In this document: positions 63,605 through 64,000 of the stretch, piece by piece
How positions within the stretch are numbered: position 1 is the stretch's first letter
How the letters are laid out: the number at the start of each line of letters is the position of its first letter
Assembly: GCA_963771075.1 (NCBI GenBank)
Contig: CAVYSE010000005.1
Coordinates: 32,001 to 96,000, forward strand
DNA from: a candidate division FCPU426 bacterium
GTDB taxonomy: Bacteria > Oederibacteriota > Muellerivitia > Muellerivitales > Muellerivitaceae
Length of the DNA: 64,000 bases
Direction: 5' to 3'
Program-made: the position numbers and the translations under genes
Notes under the pieces: generated by a model
The model's database searches: none
Told to the model about the DNA's origin: nothing
Seen by the model: the letters and a program-made list of their open reading frames with translations, nothing else

Positions 63605-63628
63605 AGTGTAAAATGTAGGCCTGGCCCC
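63330..63628. repeat. 27-bp inverted repeat pair of the RAYT-like element
   Basis: GGGGCCAGGCCTACATATTACACTTTA (63330-63356) vs TAAAGTGTAAAATGTAGGCCTGGCCCC (63602-63628), 26/27 complementary; related GGGGTCAGGTCTTCATTTTATA at 62998. Confidence 0.85.
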
Positions 63629-64000
63629 TATGTTACACGGAACCCGTCACCACCCAAAAACCCGCGGGGCTCGTGATTGACCTCTCCCGTGAGCCGGAGT
63701 CGAAGGGGCTTGTGACCGGGGTGAGGGAAATGGTTTTTCCGGGGAAAAAGGGTAACCCGTAAAACAATTTTTTAAGCACTTCAAGAAAAGATCCAATTAC
63801 AAAGAAATAATTTTTATGCTCTTGCCTGCTCATGGCGGCGGCTCCGAAAACGACCCCTTCAACCCGCCCCGCAGGGCGGTACGGCTGGTCGCGCCGTGAG
63901 GGAAGCGGTTGTTTTAGCGGCCAAACTAGGGTGACCACTAAATCGGGGGAAGTCCACACGACTAAAGGGGTAAAATAGCCGTTATCGGGTTGTCTACGAT

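Larger units (their letters stand above)
40466..64000 (+). repeat. Dispersed 28-bp palindrome TGTCCACGAYG-GGGACC-CRTCGTGGACA delimiting gene cassettes
   Basis: Copies start at 40466, 42379, 43048, 44829, 45649 (right arm degenerate), 45994, 48471, 49950, 50563, 54949, 55663, 58331 and 63991 (cut by the window end). None seen in 1-40.4 kb. Confidence 0.95.

Noticed and set aside
63633..63959. 108-aa minus-strand ORF
   Set aside because: No motif, RBS or contextual support.

Overview
Bacterial chromosomal window, mostly GC-rich, in three parts. (1) 1-17.9 kb: a PAS histidine kinase/NtrC-type pair, an HMGL-like aldolase, and a chemosensory cluster behind two sigma54-type promoters (CheX-like, CheA, 2x CheW, MCP, CheR, CheD, CheY, CheB). 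The cluster embeds a TonB-dependent receptor-YfiR-MCP module and three copies of an unrecognised ~100-aa helical domain. (2) 18.5-40.4 kb: housekeeping genes (mrdA-rodA, PfkB kinase, two aminotransferases, hom-thrC-lysC-cimA-murI, fur, greA, a SAM-I riboswitch ahead of a second thrC-like gene, thiM), with REP-like repeats and several single-base frameshifts that look like assembly errors. (3) 40.4-64 kb: the most notable part, an integron-like array of co-oriented, often AT-richer single-gene or toxin-antitoxin cassettes. They are separated by a conserved 28-bp palindrome, TGTCCACGAYG-GGGACC-CRTCGTGGACA (12 complete copies plus 1 cut by the window end). The repeat has an 11-6-11 layout like a tyrosine-recombinase core site, is not an attC or a CRISPR repeat, and no recombinase is in the window. 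Two unrelated RNA-guided elements target it: three apparently identical group II introns inserted 2 nt 3' of it, and an IS1111-type IS110 inserted at its 5' TG whose non-coding region carries candidate target and donor guide segments. All protein calls come from motif recognition by eye; no database searches were run.
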